Sequence record: NC_019521.1
Length of the DNA stretch: 64,000 nucleotides
Direction: 5' to 3' (one strand)
Shown here: piece after piece, positions 45,429-55,106 of the stretch
Position numbering within the stretch: the first letter of the stretch is position 1
Layout of the letters: every line of letters begins with the position of its first letter
Notes under the pieces: generated by a model
Database searches by the model: none
The model's input: the letters and a program-made list of their open reading frames with translations, nothing else
Told to the model about the DNA's origin: nothing
Translations under genes and position numbers: made by a program

Positions 45429-45806
45429 ATGAAAACAATATCAAAATTATACGAAGCTAGTTCGGATTTCCAAATGATAGAATTCGAATCGATTAAAGCT
45501 ATAGAATTAGCTATAGCTAACTATTCAGCCTCGGTTAAGGGCTTACAACAAGAAGTAACAAGCATTAAGAATCATTTATCAAAAATACTTGGAAACAAAG
45601 TATCAGACATTAAAGATCTGAATGCTTCTTTAACTGCTGAAAAAGGTATTACGTACATAGAGGTACAACTTCAAGCTGATAAAGTTGAAAAATTTGGAAT
45701 GGAGGAAAGTAAAGCCTTTTCAAAAGTTTTACAAGCTAAAGGCATTACTAAACATAAAACCCAATTTGTCGGAACTAGTTCAATGTACATTACATTATAT
45801 TTCTAA
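45429..45806 (+). CDS. Putative capsid-internal protein (leader MKTISKLYEA)
   Basis: Shared tag. Confidence 0.65.
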   Translation: MKTISKLYEASSDFQMIEFESIKAIELAIANYSASVKGLQQEVTSIKNHLSKILGNKVSDIKDLNASLTAEKGITYIEVQLQADKVEKFGMEESKAFSKVLQAKGITKHKTQFVGTSSMYITLYF

Positions 45807-45808
45807 AC

Positions 45809-46180
45809 ATGAAAACTCTATCAAAACTATTCGAAGATCAAATCTTTAACGTTTCTTCAGTTTCTCAGTACTATCGAGAAAATATAGATTTACTGTTACC
45901 AGCTAAAGAAGTTCTTGACGAAAAGGATATTCAAATAGCTAAAGATAGAATTCTGAAAGAAAAAGAAGTTTTACCTAAGGGTCATAAGTATCTTATGATT
46001 AATGAAGCTCAGACATTAATGTTTATGGTTCTAGAACTTCAAGGTTCTAGATATCATGCAGTTCTTACAAGTGATACTGAGAGTACTGTATTTCAGACAT
46101 TAATAAACTGGGAACATGTTGAAGAATATGTCAAAGCTTTAGGATTAGATTTCGATTATTTCAAAGAATCGAAACTGTAA
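45809..46180 (+). CDS. Putative capsid-internal protein (leader MKTLSKLFED)
   Basis: Shared tag. Confidence 0.65.
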   Translation: MKTLSKLFEDQIFNVSSVSQYYRENIDLLLPAKEVLDEKDIQIAKDRILKEKEVLPKGHKYLMINEAQTLMFMVLELQGSRYHAVLTSDTESTVFQTLINWEHVEEYVKALGLDFDYFKESKL

Positions 46181-46193
46181 CATCAAATACATG

Positions 46194-46231
46194 AACAAAA
46201 ACCCGTTAGATCGATCTAACGGGTTTTTGTT
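46194..46231. terminator. 38-bp perfect palindrome / bidirectional terminator
   Basis: AACAAAAACCCGTTAGATC|GATCTAACGGGTTTTTGTT. Confidence 0.75.
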
Positions 46232-46263
46232 GTTAAATAACTAAAGTTACCAAAAATTGCAAT

Positions 46264-46271
46264 TATACATA
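46264..46271 (+). promoter_or_regulatory. Late promoter box TATACATA
   Basis: 24 nt before the portal ATG. Confidence 0.75.
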
Positions 46272-46295
46272 TTTCATTATCCCAAACTATAAAAT

Positions 46296-48050
46296 ATGTT
46301 AGGTTACAATAGAAACGCAGGTAGACCCAATTCTGGGAATCTATCAAAGAAATTCAGTAAATTAGGACCGATTATCAAATCGATTGGTAACTTCGGTATC
46401 GTCATAAATAAGAAAGTTCTTGACAAAAAGACTGCTATACCTGAAGACCCAAGATTAGAAGGTGACATTTATTCGATTCTTGATACGATTGGAACTCGTT
46501 CAATGAATCAAACTTCATATCCTCAATATAATCAAAACGATCAAGTACAAAGACAAGCTAGACGTTGGCATTTAATTACAATGTCTAAACATCCAGAACT
46601 TGAAGATATTATTGAAACGTTAACTGATGAAGCTATTGTATATGATAAGAATGCTACTTACTGCTGTTCTGCTATTCTAAATACTTTGATGTTAGACGAA
46701 AAGATAATTAGTTCTAAAGATTCTAAAGACCTTGAAGAATTAGTTACAGAAAAGTTCCCAGCTTTATATAGAATGTTAGGTCTTTATAAATCTGGTGCTA
46801 AATCTTTGATGCAAGAATGGTTAGTTGAAGGTAAGAAAGCTTGGGAGATTGTATACGATTCATTAGATAATCCTAAATCGATTATAGGTTTAGTTCCGAT
46901 AGACCCATTATCATTAATTGAACATTGGGATGAAGATGGTAACAGATGGTGGATTCAGGAACCAAATCTTACTCAACAATCTAGTGCTATGGGTGTTACT
47001 AGAGCTATGGGTGGTCAAAGAACATTACATGACTCACAGGTAATATATTGGGATTGGGACCCAACAGGATTTAAGTTTTCTTATCTTGAAAGACTTTTAA
47101 GAACGTTTAATGTTTACCGAGCTATCGAAAGAATGAAAGTTAACTGGTGGGTTATGAACTCTCAGTTTAGAACTATGATCGTTATTCCAACTCATGGTAA
47201 ATCTAGACAACGCGCTGCTGAGGTATTAGCTGCAGCAATGCAAAGATATCGAGATCATGTTGAATTCTCTGATGAAGATGGAACGGTTAAAGTAAATGGT
47301 TCAGCGAACATTCCAGCGAATAAGGAATATTGGTTAGCTGATACTTCGTCTGGAAAACCTGAAGTTTCTACAGTAGGGGGTGACGGATATGACTTGTCAA
47401 GTGCTGATACTTCATGGTCTAAACGAAATCTGTTAGAACTTTCTAAAGTACCTTTGGATAGATTCGACCCTAGTTCTTCAGAATCATGGAATCTTGACCC
47501 AACATCTTCAAGACGTCAAGAATTGAAATTCGCTAAGTTTGTCCAAACGTTAAGAACTTCAATGTCTGAGATAATGCTAAAACCTCTGATTATTCAAATA
47601 TGTTTAGATCGCCCTAATCTGACAAATAATTACGAATTACTTGATGCGATTACTATAGATTTCTTATCTGAAAACATCTTTACTCAAAAGATCGAAATGG
47701 AAATCATGAAAGAACGTACTGAATTCATTGGTGAAATGATGGACAAGCTTAAACGTGTTGACGCTGACGGTAACGAAAAACCTTTCTTCTCTTTGAAATT
47801 CTTGATGGACAAATACATGATGTTAACTCCTGAAGAACTTGAACAAAATGCGAAAGCTCTTAAAGAAGAGGAAAAGGAAATGGAAGAATTCAGTAGAAAA
47901 CAGAATACAATTTCAGCTGAAATGGAAGCTGAGAAAGCTGAATATACAAAAGAATTCGAAGAAGATGATTCTAAATCTTTATACGAATCTATAAAGGCTA
48001 AAAGAATCAAACGGAAAACAACAAAAGACATTACAAAATACAGAATATAA
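46296..48050 (+). CDS. gp20: Portal protein (T4 gp20-like)
   Basis: HPELEDIIETLTDEAIV, WLVEGK, SYLERLLRTFN, KEYWL, EVSTVGG, QELKFAKFVQTLR. Late box at 46264. Confidence 0.9.
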   Translation: MLGYNRNAGRPNSGNLSKKFSKLGPIIKSIGNFGIVINKKVLDKKTAIPEDPRLEGDIYSILDTIGTRSMNQTSYPQYNQNDQVQRQARRWHLITMSKHPELEDIIETLTDEAIVYDKNATYCCSAILNTLMLDEKIISSKDSKDLEELVTEKFPALYRMLGLYKSGAKSLMQEWLVEGKKAWEIVYDSLDNPKSIIGLVPIDPLSLIEHWDEDGNRWWIQEPNLTQQSSAMGVTRAMGGQRTLHDSQVIYWDWDPTGFKFSYLERLLRTFNVYRAIERMKVNWWVMNSQFRTMIVIPTHGKSRQRAAEVLAAAMQRYRDHVEFSDEDGTVKVNGSANIPANKEYWLADTSSGKPEVSTVGGDGYDLSSADTSWSKRNLLELSKVPLDRFDPSSSESWNLDPTSSRRQELKFAKFVQTLRTSMSEIMLKPLIIQICLDRPNLTNNYELLDAITIDFLSENIFTQKIEMEIMKERTEFIGEMMDKLKRVDADGNEKPFFSLKFLMDKYMMLTPEELEQNAKALKEEEKEMEEFSRKQNTISAEMEAEKAEYTKEFEEDDSKSLYESIKAKRIKRKTTKDITKYRI

Positions 48051-48051
48051 T

Positions 48052-48717
48052 ATGCCTCCACATAAAGTAAGATTTTCATTATATCCAGAAAAACGTGATA
48101 TCGCACAAGAATCGTTTAACTGGTTACGAAGACAAAAACATGCAGGATATGATAGAACAGAATTACCACAGATTCCACAAGATAAGGAAGATTTCGTAAT
48201 TGATTTATTAGAACTTAAACCTAGACGTGTATTTGCTAGGGATTTGAAACCTGCACAAACTCAAATCAAGAAACCTAAAGTAATTGATAAGATCGGAACT
48301 AATCAGGATAAACGTAAGTATATAGTTTCTAAAGATGGCTATTTAGTTGATGGACATCATTCATGGGCTTCATTAATTCCAGATAACGATGTAATAACTA
48401 TATATCAAAGTTCTTCGAAAGATATTCACGAAATGGTTCGAATTCTGAAAGATGATTTAGGTTACGGTTCTAAATCGATAAATGAAAACTTTGACGAAAA
48501 TGAAGAACGTTGTGAAGGTGAATACTGTAATGCTACATATCAAAGAATCCTTAAACTGTATCGAAATGTTATGGAAGTTGATAAGAATCGTGCTAAATCG
48601 TTATTTCAGTTCTTAGGAAAGAAATATAACGAATCTATCAAAGATTTCTGTAAACGTTCTTCTGATACAAATTTGGAACGATTAGAAAAAGAACTTAAAA
48701 ACTTATCAAGAAAATAA
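48052..48717 (+). CDS. ParB/Srx-fold protein
   Basis: DLKPAQTQI and YIVSKDGYLVDGHHSWA. Confidence 0.7.
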   Translation: MPPHKVRFSLYPEKRDIAQESFNWLRRQKHAGYDRTELPQIPQDKEDFVIDLLELKPRRVFARDLKPAQTQIKKPKVIDKIGTNQDKRKYIVSKDGYLVDGHHSWASLIPDNDVITIYQSSSKDIHEMVRILKDDLGYGSKSINENFDENEERCEGEYCNATYQRILKLYRNVMEVDKNRAKSLFQFLGKKYNESIKDFCKRSSDTNLERLEKELKNLSRK

Positions 48718-48718
48718 A

Positions 48719-48916
48719 ATGAAAACATTAACACAATTATATGAATCTGTAATCGATGATTCGGATAAAGAATTTTTGAAATCGGAATTGAAACATATCG
48801 ATAATCAAATAGATAAGCTTATGAAGTTATCAAAGATATCTGATAAACAACAAGCTTATTGGGATAAGCTAGAGCTTGATAAAAATGAAATTATAGAACT
48901 ATTGAAAACAAAATGA
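48719..48916 (+). CDS. Putative capsid-internal protein (leader MKTLTQLYES)
   Basis: Shared tag, 65 aa, helical hairpin-like. Confidence 0.65.
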   Translation: MKTLTQLYESVIDDSDKEFLKSELKHIDNQIDKLMKLSKISDKQQAYWDKLELDKNEIIELLKTK

Positions 48917-49383
48917 AAACGTTAGTTCAACTATTCGAAGACTTATCACTCGATGTATCTAAAGCGATACGTCGAGAACTTGATACAAATTTCAAAGGGT
49001 TTCGTAAACATCAGAATCGTCATGATATCGAAGCTTTAATTGGTGATGCTATGAGAAACTCAGCTTTACCTTTTATAAGACATGCAGCTGAATACGTAAC
49101 TCCTGATAAATTCAAATCTGGTAAGCATATTAATTCTGGATATTGTGTTCAATTCGCTGAGTATATTTTAGATCATGTTCATTCTCGTAACGTTAAGATG
49201 ATGGGTGATGTCGATCATCATGTAATGTTGAAAGACAACGTAACAGGTCTTTATTATGACGCTGAGCATCCAGATGGTATAACTTTAGAAGATTTCCGTA
49301 ATACTACATGGATGAAAAATCCTGACAAAGTTGTACAGTTCTTAAGAAACAAAGAAGTTAAGGAAATTGATTACATGCAATAA
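48913..49383 (+). CDS. Tagged protein with possible Cys-His-Asp (papain/transglutaminase-like) triad (leader MKTLVQLFED)
   Basis: INSGYCVQFA...HHVML...YYDAEHPDG. Confidence 0.45.
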   Translation: MKTLVQLFEDLSLDVSKAIRRELDTNFKGFRKHQNRHDIEALIGDAMRNSALPFIRHAAEYVTPDKFKSGKHINSGYCVQFAEYILDHVHSRNVKMMGDVDHHVMLKDNVTGLYYDAEHPDGITLEDFRNTTWMKNPDKVVQFLRNKEVKEIDYMQ

Positions 49384-49386
49384 CTT

Positions 49387-49394
49387 TATACATA
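49387..49394 (+). promoter_or_regulatory. Late promoter box TATACATA
   Basis: 13 nt before the protease ATG. Confidence 0.7.
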
Positions 49395-49407
49395 TAAAAA
49401 CAAATCA

Positions 49408-50148
49408 ATGAAAAATATATCCATAATATCAAGTATTGACAAACGTTCAATGCTTTTCGAAGCTGTAAGTGACGGATTAATACCAGTACCTGATGGTATG
49501 ATGCGTGTTTCTGGAGTAATAGCTAAGATGGACGTTATGAATAATAACGGACGTTTTTATACTAAAGAAAACTATACAAAACATATTGATTCTATTCAGG
49601 ATAAAATCGCTACCGGTCTTTATGGAGAAATGGAACATCCTGATAGCTTTAATATCAATTATAATAACGTTTCTCATAAAGTTGAAAAACTTTGGTATGA
49701 TCATGCTACCGATGAAGTCAAAGGTATATTTCTACTTTTAGATAACGAAAAAGGTAAAACTGCTCAAGCTATTGTTAAATCTGGTGGTACTCTTAGATGT
49801 TCTACTAGATGTGCTGGTGATGTAGCGAAAGGTAATGAAGCTCGTATAAGTAAATTCTATACAGTCGATTTAGTCGGTACTCCTGGATTCGATGAAGCTA
49901 AATTATTCTTGATGGAATCTTTAGATTTTACATCTAAATCAAATAGTTCAGATATTAAACTTTTGAATGAAGATGATAACAGTATTGTATATGTTTCAGA
50001 ACTTAAACAAATGCTTTTAGAATCTAAGAAATATGTAACTAACGATTCAGCTTTATTAGAAGCTTTAAATGAAAGAACTAATCTAGTTTCTTCGAAGGAA
50101 TCTAAGAAGCTTTATGAATCTATTAAATCGAAAATACTTAAACGATAA
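49408..50148 (+). CDS. gp21: Prohead protease (T4 gp21-like)
   Basis: NNNGRFY, YGEMEHPD, VSHKV, GKTAQAIV..G..L.CSTR, DLVGTPGF. Confidence 0.9.
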   Translation: MKNISIISSIDKRSMLFEAVSDGLIPVPDGMMRVSGVIAKMDVMNNNGRFYTKENYTKHIDSIQDKIATGLYGEMEHPDSFNINYNNVSHKVEKLWYDHATDEVKGIFLLLDNEKGKTAQAIVKSGGTLRCSTRCAGDVAKGNEARISKFYTVDLVGTPGFDEAKLFLMESLDFTSKSNSSDIKLLNEDDNSIVYVSELKQMLLESKKYVTNDSALLEALNERTNLVSSKESKKLYESIKSKILKR

Positions 50149-50150
50149 AA

Positions 50151-50984
50151 ATGAAAACATTAACACAATTATATGAAGCTATAGTTATATCTAAAGATTA
50201 TCCTAAATTTGATTCGTCTAATAAAGATATCGAAAAATATCTTCTAAATATTGCAAACGAATTAAAGAAATCTGAAGGTTTTAACAAATATAGAGGGGTT
50301 TACGATTTTAAAAGCAGATATAACTACGGACAAGGAATAATAGATCATACTGTAATACTCGAATGGTCTGCACCATTATCAGAATGTTTTAAATCTTTAG
50401 GTGTATCTAAATCTGAAGCTATATTGATTTCAGATTTAGGTAAGAATGCTGAAAAGCTAACAACTATCAAATTTAAATTACAGGTACATATTCGTGAAAA
50501 AATATCATCTGATCAAACTATCGATAAATTTGAAAACTATTACAGTGGTACTTTAGACGCTACTATTTATAATCATAATTTCAGTAGAATAGTTTCGTAT
50601 ATGTCTGGATATTATTCTGGTGGTTCTGATGATAAGTATACTTACGATAGAACACAAGAAAGCTTTGATAAGTCTGATAGAATTTTCGATTTAATAAATT
50701 TCGTAACTAGTAATATCAACGCTTATAATAAAGAATACAATCCAGTTTTGATATCATCTAACAGTTCTATTCTTAGTAATGAAGCTTCTTCAGTTTATTC
50801 TAGAATATCAAAAAATAAAACTGACAATTTATACGACTTTACGGATTTTATTAAGAAACATGGTGAAGCTAAACTTTTAAATCTATTAAAGAAATCTTCA
50901 ACGTTTAAAGCTTTCTTAGATAAGGATCATTATAAAGATGGTATCTTATCGAAAACTTCTATCTGGTCAGAAACATACGATTAA
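50151..50984 (+). CDS. Putative capsid-internal protein (leader MKTLTQLYEA)
   Basis: Shared tag, directly after the protease gene. Confidence 0.65.
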   Translation: MKTLTQLYEAIVISKDYPKFDSSNKDIEKYLLNIANELKKSEGFNKYRGVYDFKSRYNYGQGIIDHTVILEWSAPLSECFKSLGVSKSEAILISDLGKNAEKLTTIKFKLQVHIREKISSDQTIDKFENYYSGTLDATIYNHNFSRIVSYMSGYYSGGSDDKYTYDRTQESFDKSDRIFDLINFVTSNINAYNKEYNPVLISSNSSILSNEASSVYSRISKNKTDNLYDFTDFIKKHGEAKLLNLLKKSSTFKAFLDKDHYKDGILSKTSIWSETYD

Positions 50985-50993
50985 ACTATAAAA

Positions 50994-51305
50994 ATGAAAA
51001 CGATAAATCAATTATACGAAGCTAAGCTTAATGAAGCTTATGGTACAGAACATCTCGAAGATCAAAATGCTGAATTAGGTGCATTAGTTAAAGACTTAAA
51101 GGATGTAAAAGTTGGGAAAACTTACTGCATTGTAGATTTAGGTTTAGAGGAATGGAATTCTGGATATAAACTTAAAGCGATAAAAGGTAATATGTACATC
51201 TTTGACGATTTACTAGGTTCTCCTTTAGATAAAGAAGTTTTCGAATTTACTAGAGGTGACATTTTAGAATTAATATATGACAAAGCTATAGCTTTCGAAA
51301 AATAA
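50994..51305 (+). CDS. Putative capsid-internal protein (leader MKTINQLYEAKLNE)
   Basis: Shared tag. Confidence 0.65.
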   Translation: MKTINQLYEAKLNEAYGTEHLEDQNAELGALVKDLKDVKVGKTYCIVDLGLEEWNSGYKLKAIKGNMYIFDDLLGSPLDKEVFEFTRGDILELIYDKAIAFEK

Positions 51306-51312
51306 AAACAAA

Positions 51313-51735
51313 ATGAAAACAATATCAAAATTATACGAAGCTAAATTAAATGAAGCTTCAAACTATGATCCATACGAATGGGGTGAAACTGTAATGAAGG
51401 CTGTTAAATCGTTAGCTTCATCTTTGAAACTTAAAGATATTAAAATCCATGAAGCTCATTCTGATGATGGCGAAGGTTACGGTCATGGTATAATCGATTT
51501 TAAGAAAGATGGTGTACCATATTATATCGATTATCATATAACTCTTGAATTACATCATGGACTAGAATTAGGTGATTTAGAAATCCAATTAGGTGTTTAT
51601 GAAGATTCTGATGAACCATATGCACCAAATGATGACGTTGATAAAACTTTCAAGAAAGTTTCTGGTCAAGACGAACCAAAGGTTATTTCGAAAATGGTAA
51701 CAGATTTCTTGAAATCTACTAAAGTTTTGAAATAA
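51313..51735 (+). CDS. Putative capsid-internal protein (leader MKTISKLYEAKLNE)
   Basis: Shared tag, acidic body. Confidence 0.65.
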   Translation: MKTISKLYEAKLNEASNYDPYEWGETVMKAVKSLASSLKLKDIKIHEAHSDDGEGYGHGIIDFKKDGVPYYIDYHITLELHHGLELGDLEIQLGVYEDSDEPYAPNDDVDKTFKKVSGQDEPKVISKMVTDFLKSTKVLK

Positions 51736-51753
51736 ATCAAAAATCAATACTGT

Positions 51754-51761
51754 TATACATA
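51754..51761 (+). promoter_or_regulatory. Late promoter box TATACATA
   Basis: Before the scaffold gene. Shares TATACATATAAAAACAAA with 49387 and 52866. Confidence 0.75.
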
Positions 51762-51796
51762 TAAAAACAAATAAATAAATTCAAATTAGAAATATC

Positions 51797-52824
51797 ATGT
51801 CTAAAAATAATCTAACAGTTGCTCAAAAAGTAAATGCGCTTGTTGAGTCACATATCAAAACAAAATTGATTCCAGTTTTACAAGAGAATCAAAAACAAAT
51901 GTTTGCGATGATCGATCAACATCTTATGGAGAACTTCGGTCCTGCTGTAGTTGCTTTCATTAAAGGTAAAGGTCAAGCTCTTAACGAATCTCAAAACGAA
52001 GAGATTACAAATTCTTTCCGTAATTTCCTTTTGGAAAATGCTGAAGAGGATGTAGCTGAAGAAGTTAAAGAACTTGAAGATAAACTTGAAGACAAGAAAG
52101 AAGAACTTGAAGATTTGAAACTTGAAGAATCTAAACTTGTTAAGAAAGCTAAAGCTTTAAACGAAGCTAAGGATGAAGCTCACGAAGATGAGGAATTATC
52201 TGAAGAAGAAGAAGAAGAAATCATTGATGAAATCGAACTTCAAGAATCTTTGAATACTAAATCACTTACTAAAGTTCGTCGTAAAATGAAACTTGTTGAA
52301 AGTGAATTGGAAGAAATCGCTGACGAATTACAAGATTTAGGTGCTATGGCTACTGAAGATACTGGAATTCCAGCTGATGAAGTTGAATTATCTGAAGAAG
52401 AATTGGAAGAGCTTGAAGGTGAGGAACTTTATGAAGCTTTGAAAACTCGTGTTGCTAAGAAAAGTAAACGTAATGGTAGTCTTTTAGAATCTATCAAAAA
52501 CGATATCGCTAAAGCAAAACGTCTTGACGCAAAAAAAAAGTAAACAAGCTTAACGAAAACGTTAACGAAGATACTAACGTTCTAAAAAATATTCCTGATG
52601 AATTTAAAGCTTTATATGAATCTTTAAGTCCTGAAGCGAAAGATGTTTTAAACGAAAATGCTAGAAATGCTAACCTTGATACGTTATCAGGAGTTCGCAA
52701 CTTCTTTCAGAATACAAACTTCAAAAGCTTACAACAACGTAATGCTTTGAATAAGTTAAATGAAAGTCAAGAAACTAAGCAATCTGGATTAGCGTTTGTT
52801 ACTAACTTACTTAAACCATTTTAA
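51797..52824 (+). CDS. Prohead scaffold (gp22-like); 248 aa to the stop at 52543, about 342 aa with a -1 shift at A9 (52531-52539)
   Basis: Acidic coiled coil with many L-x-E motifs, between protease and capsid. The -1 frame stays open to TAA 52822-52824 and encodes KLNEN, LYES, VLNEN, KLNES. Confidence 0.75.
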
Positions 52825-52865
52825 TTTGTATGCAAGTTTGACATTATTTTTATAAATCAAACTTG

Positions 52866-52873
52866 TATACATA
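52866..52873 (+). promoter_or_regulatory. Late promoter box TATACATA
   Basis: Before the major capsid gene. Confidence 0.75.
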
Positions 52874-52914
52874 TAAAAACAAAAATTAATTACTTACATA
52901 AATCAAAGAAAACA

Positions 52915-54672
52915 ATGTCTTTTAAATATACTAGGATTAATCCTGCACAAGCCCAGAAAAAATGGGGTGCTAAATTAAACGAATCTTTCGAGTCTATCAA
53001 AACTCTTCCAGGTTTTGCTAACAAGATGAATATGATTTCGAAACTTGCTGCTATTAAGGAACTTAATGACGGTGGAGTTAACAAGGGAGAACGTGCTCTT
53101 ATGGAGAACTATCAAATCTCTGGAACTGGTGATATTCTTGGAATGGGTCCATCTACATGGCCTTCTGATCCAGGTACTGCTCCAGGAAATGAAGAAGGTG
53201 CTTGGACTAAACCAACCTACAAAAAAGGTTCTGGTGATGTTCCTTCAATGATCTTCGGATTAGCGATGAACGTTGCTGCTTACACTGTAGGTTTCGATAT
53301 CGTTCACACTATTCCAGTTGATACTCCGACAGCAGCTTTCCAATTCTTGGATTCTATTTACGCTGGTGGTAAACTTAACGAAGCTGGAAATCCTCCTTCT
53401 TACATGAAAGTAAGTTCAGTTAAACTTCGTGCTGGATTCGATTACAGTACTTTGGTTAAAGGTGGTCATGTATTCTTCAAAACTAAAGGAGATGATACTG
53501 CAGTTCATGGTATTTTCATGGGTAAATCGTTCTTCGATGGTGGTTTAATGATCAAACTTGAATCTACTGGTACTATCGCTACTAACGTTTATACTAAAAC
53601 TGATGCTATCTCTGTAGCTGATGTATTTACTGACGCTGGTGTTGAAGTAATTCCTGGTTCTTCTGCTACTGCAGTTGATGGTACTGCTTTAGATATCGAA
53701 GTTGCACAAGCTGAATACGTTGAATCTTTCCGTGAACATGTACAAGGTTTCACTAACAGTGACCAAATTACTCCACGTTCTATGGATAGAGCAACAGGTG
53801 AGCAAGGAACTCGTTCAGTATTGAACTTACGTTTATGGTCAACTTCTTTGGAAATGCGTACAGTTGAAGTACTTGCTGATATCACTAAAACTCAGTTGAA
53901 AGACTTAAGTGCATATGGTATCGATGGTGTTGCTCAGTTGTACAAAGCTTCTCAAAACGAATTGATTCAGTCAATTAACGATGAGATCATAACTGAATTC
54001 ACTCGTTTAGGTGTTACTAACCACGCTCAATTATTCGCAGCTCAAAACTTGAACTTGAACTTATTTATCGCTCCTGCTGGAACAGCTAATAAGCCTTTGA
54101 CTCAGTTTAACTACGGAGAATTCAAAGACGTTCAAGGTGTTGATCGTGCAGCTGAATTTGGTAATATCATAAACGCTGAGAATAACTCTGCAGCAGAAAA
54201 TACTTACACTCGTCAACGTAGAATTTACTCTCGTTTATTAGCCGCTTCAGCTATTATCGGTACAATTTCTCGTTACGGTTCTGGTGATGTTGCGGTAGTT
54301 GGTCCACAAACAGCAGTTGCGTTACAAGATTCTAAATCTTTCACTGCAGTTCCAATGGAAAACAACTTAGGTTCAACAGCTGATTTACATTACATTGGTA
54401 ACGTAAATGGTATCCGTATCTATGTTAACCCTAAATGGTCATGGGATGATAAACGTATATCTGTTGGACGTCAAGGTCAAGACGATCAACCAGGTTTGAA
54501 ATTCTTTGCTTACGATTTAGCTAGCTCTGTAGAGGTTATCGATTCTTCTACTTACGCTCCTAAAATCTGTGTTACTTCACGTTTCGCAGTTCAAGCATGT
54601 GGTTTCCATCCTGAGGCTTCTTACTTAACTTTCGTTGTCAACTCCGATTTCGGTGGTGATACTTGGGTATAA
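52915..54672 (+). CDS. gp23: Major capsid protein (T4 gp23-like)
   Basis: 585 aa with VAAYTVGFDIV, TPTAAFQFL, QSINDEII, NGIRIYVNP, SRFAV. Late box at 52866 and a strong terminator after it. Confidence 0.9.
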   Translation: MSFKYTRINPAQAQKKWGAKLNESFESIKTLPGFANKMNMISKLAAIKELNDGGVNKGERALMENYQISGTGDILGMGPSTWPSDPGTAPGNEEGAWTKPTYKKGSGDVPSMIFGLAMNVAAYTVGFDIVHTIPVDTPTAAFQFLDSIYAGGKLNEAGNPPSYMKVSSVKLRAGFDYSTLVKGGHVFFKTKGDDTAVHGIFMGKSFFDGGLMIKLESTGTIATNVYTKTDAISVADVFTDAGVEVIPGSSATAVDGTALDIEVAQAEYVESFREHVQGFTNSDQITPRSMDRATGEQGTRSVLNLRLWSTSLEMRTVEVLADITKTQLKDLSAYGIDGVAQLYKASQNELIQSINDEIITEFTRLGVTNHAQLFAAQNLNLNLFIAPAGTANKPLTQFNYGEFKDVQGVDRAAEFGNIINAENNSAAENTYTRQRRIYSRLLAASAIIGTISRYGSGDVAVVGPQTAVALQDSKSFTAVPMENNLGSTADLHYIGNVNGIRIYVNPKWSWDDKRISVGRQGQDDQPGLKFFAYDLASSVEVIDSSTYAPKICVTSRFAVQACGFHPEASYLTFVVNSDFGGDTWV

Positions 54673-54692
54673 CGTAAGTTAACCTTATAACG

Positions 54693-54726
54693 AAAACCCT
54701 GTTACTATTAAGTAACAGGGTTTTTT
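54693..54726 (+). terminator. Intrinsic terminator after the major capsid gene
   Basis: 14-bp stem AAAACCCTGTTACT, loop ATTA, T-run. Confidence 0.85.
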
Positions 54727-54733
54727 AGTTTCT

Positions 54734-54768
54734 GTAACTGAAACTTTCTTTCATTTCGTAGTACTATA
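54734..54768 (+). promoter_or_regulatory. Early/middle promoter, 35 nt identical to 56151-56185
   Basis: GTAACTGAAACTTTCTTTCATTTCGTAGTACTATA. Confidence 0.75.
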
Positions 54769-54791
54769 AATAAAAACAAATACTTTCAACT

Positions 54792-55070
54792 ATGGATAAG
54801 AAAATCATTGGAACTGTTAAGTCAGTTCAAGGAGAAACTTATAATATTCGTTTACGTAATGTATTAGATCGAACACAGTTATTACTTTCATATGAAATTG
54901 GAATAACCGCAAATGTAGTCTTGAATACATCTAAATTACCAGATTTGATACCAAGTGAATTAGATGTTCAAATGTATCTAATGTATTATAACGAACATAT
55001 AGATTATCATATTAGAAACAATCAACCTTCTTTGAATAAAGTAGAAATCTCATCATTAAAAATGATATAA
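54792..55070 (+). CDS. Hypothetical early protein
   Basis: 92 aa after promoter 54740. Confidence 0.6.
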   Translation: MDKKIIGTVKSVQGETYNIRLRNVLDRTQLLLSYEIGITANVVLNTSKLPDLIPSELDVQMYLMYYNEHIDYHIRNNQPSLNKVEISSLKMI

Positions 55071-55106
55071 AAACTACATAAGTAGCAAACATAAAGAAAC
55101 AAAACA

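Noticed and set aside
21422-54772. T4-identical TATAAATA boxes just downstream of early promoters (21422, 28623, 29527, 54765)
   Set aside because: All-A/T octamers in very AT-rich leaders can arise by chance. Not called, though tandem late promoters cannot be excluded.
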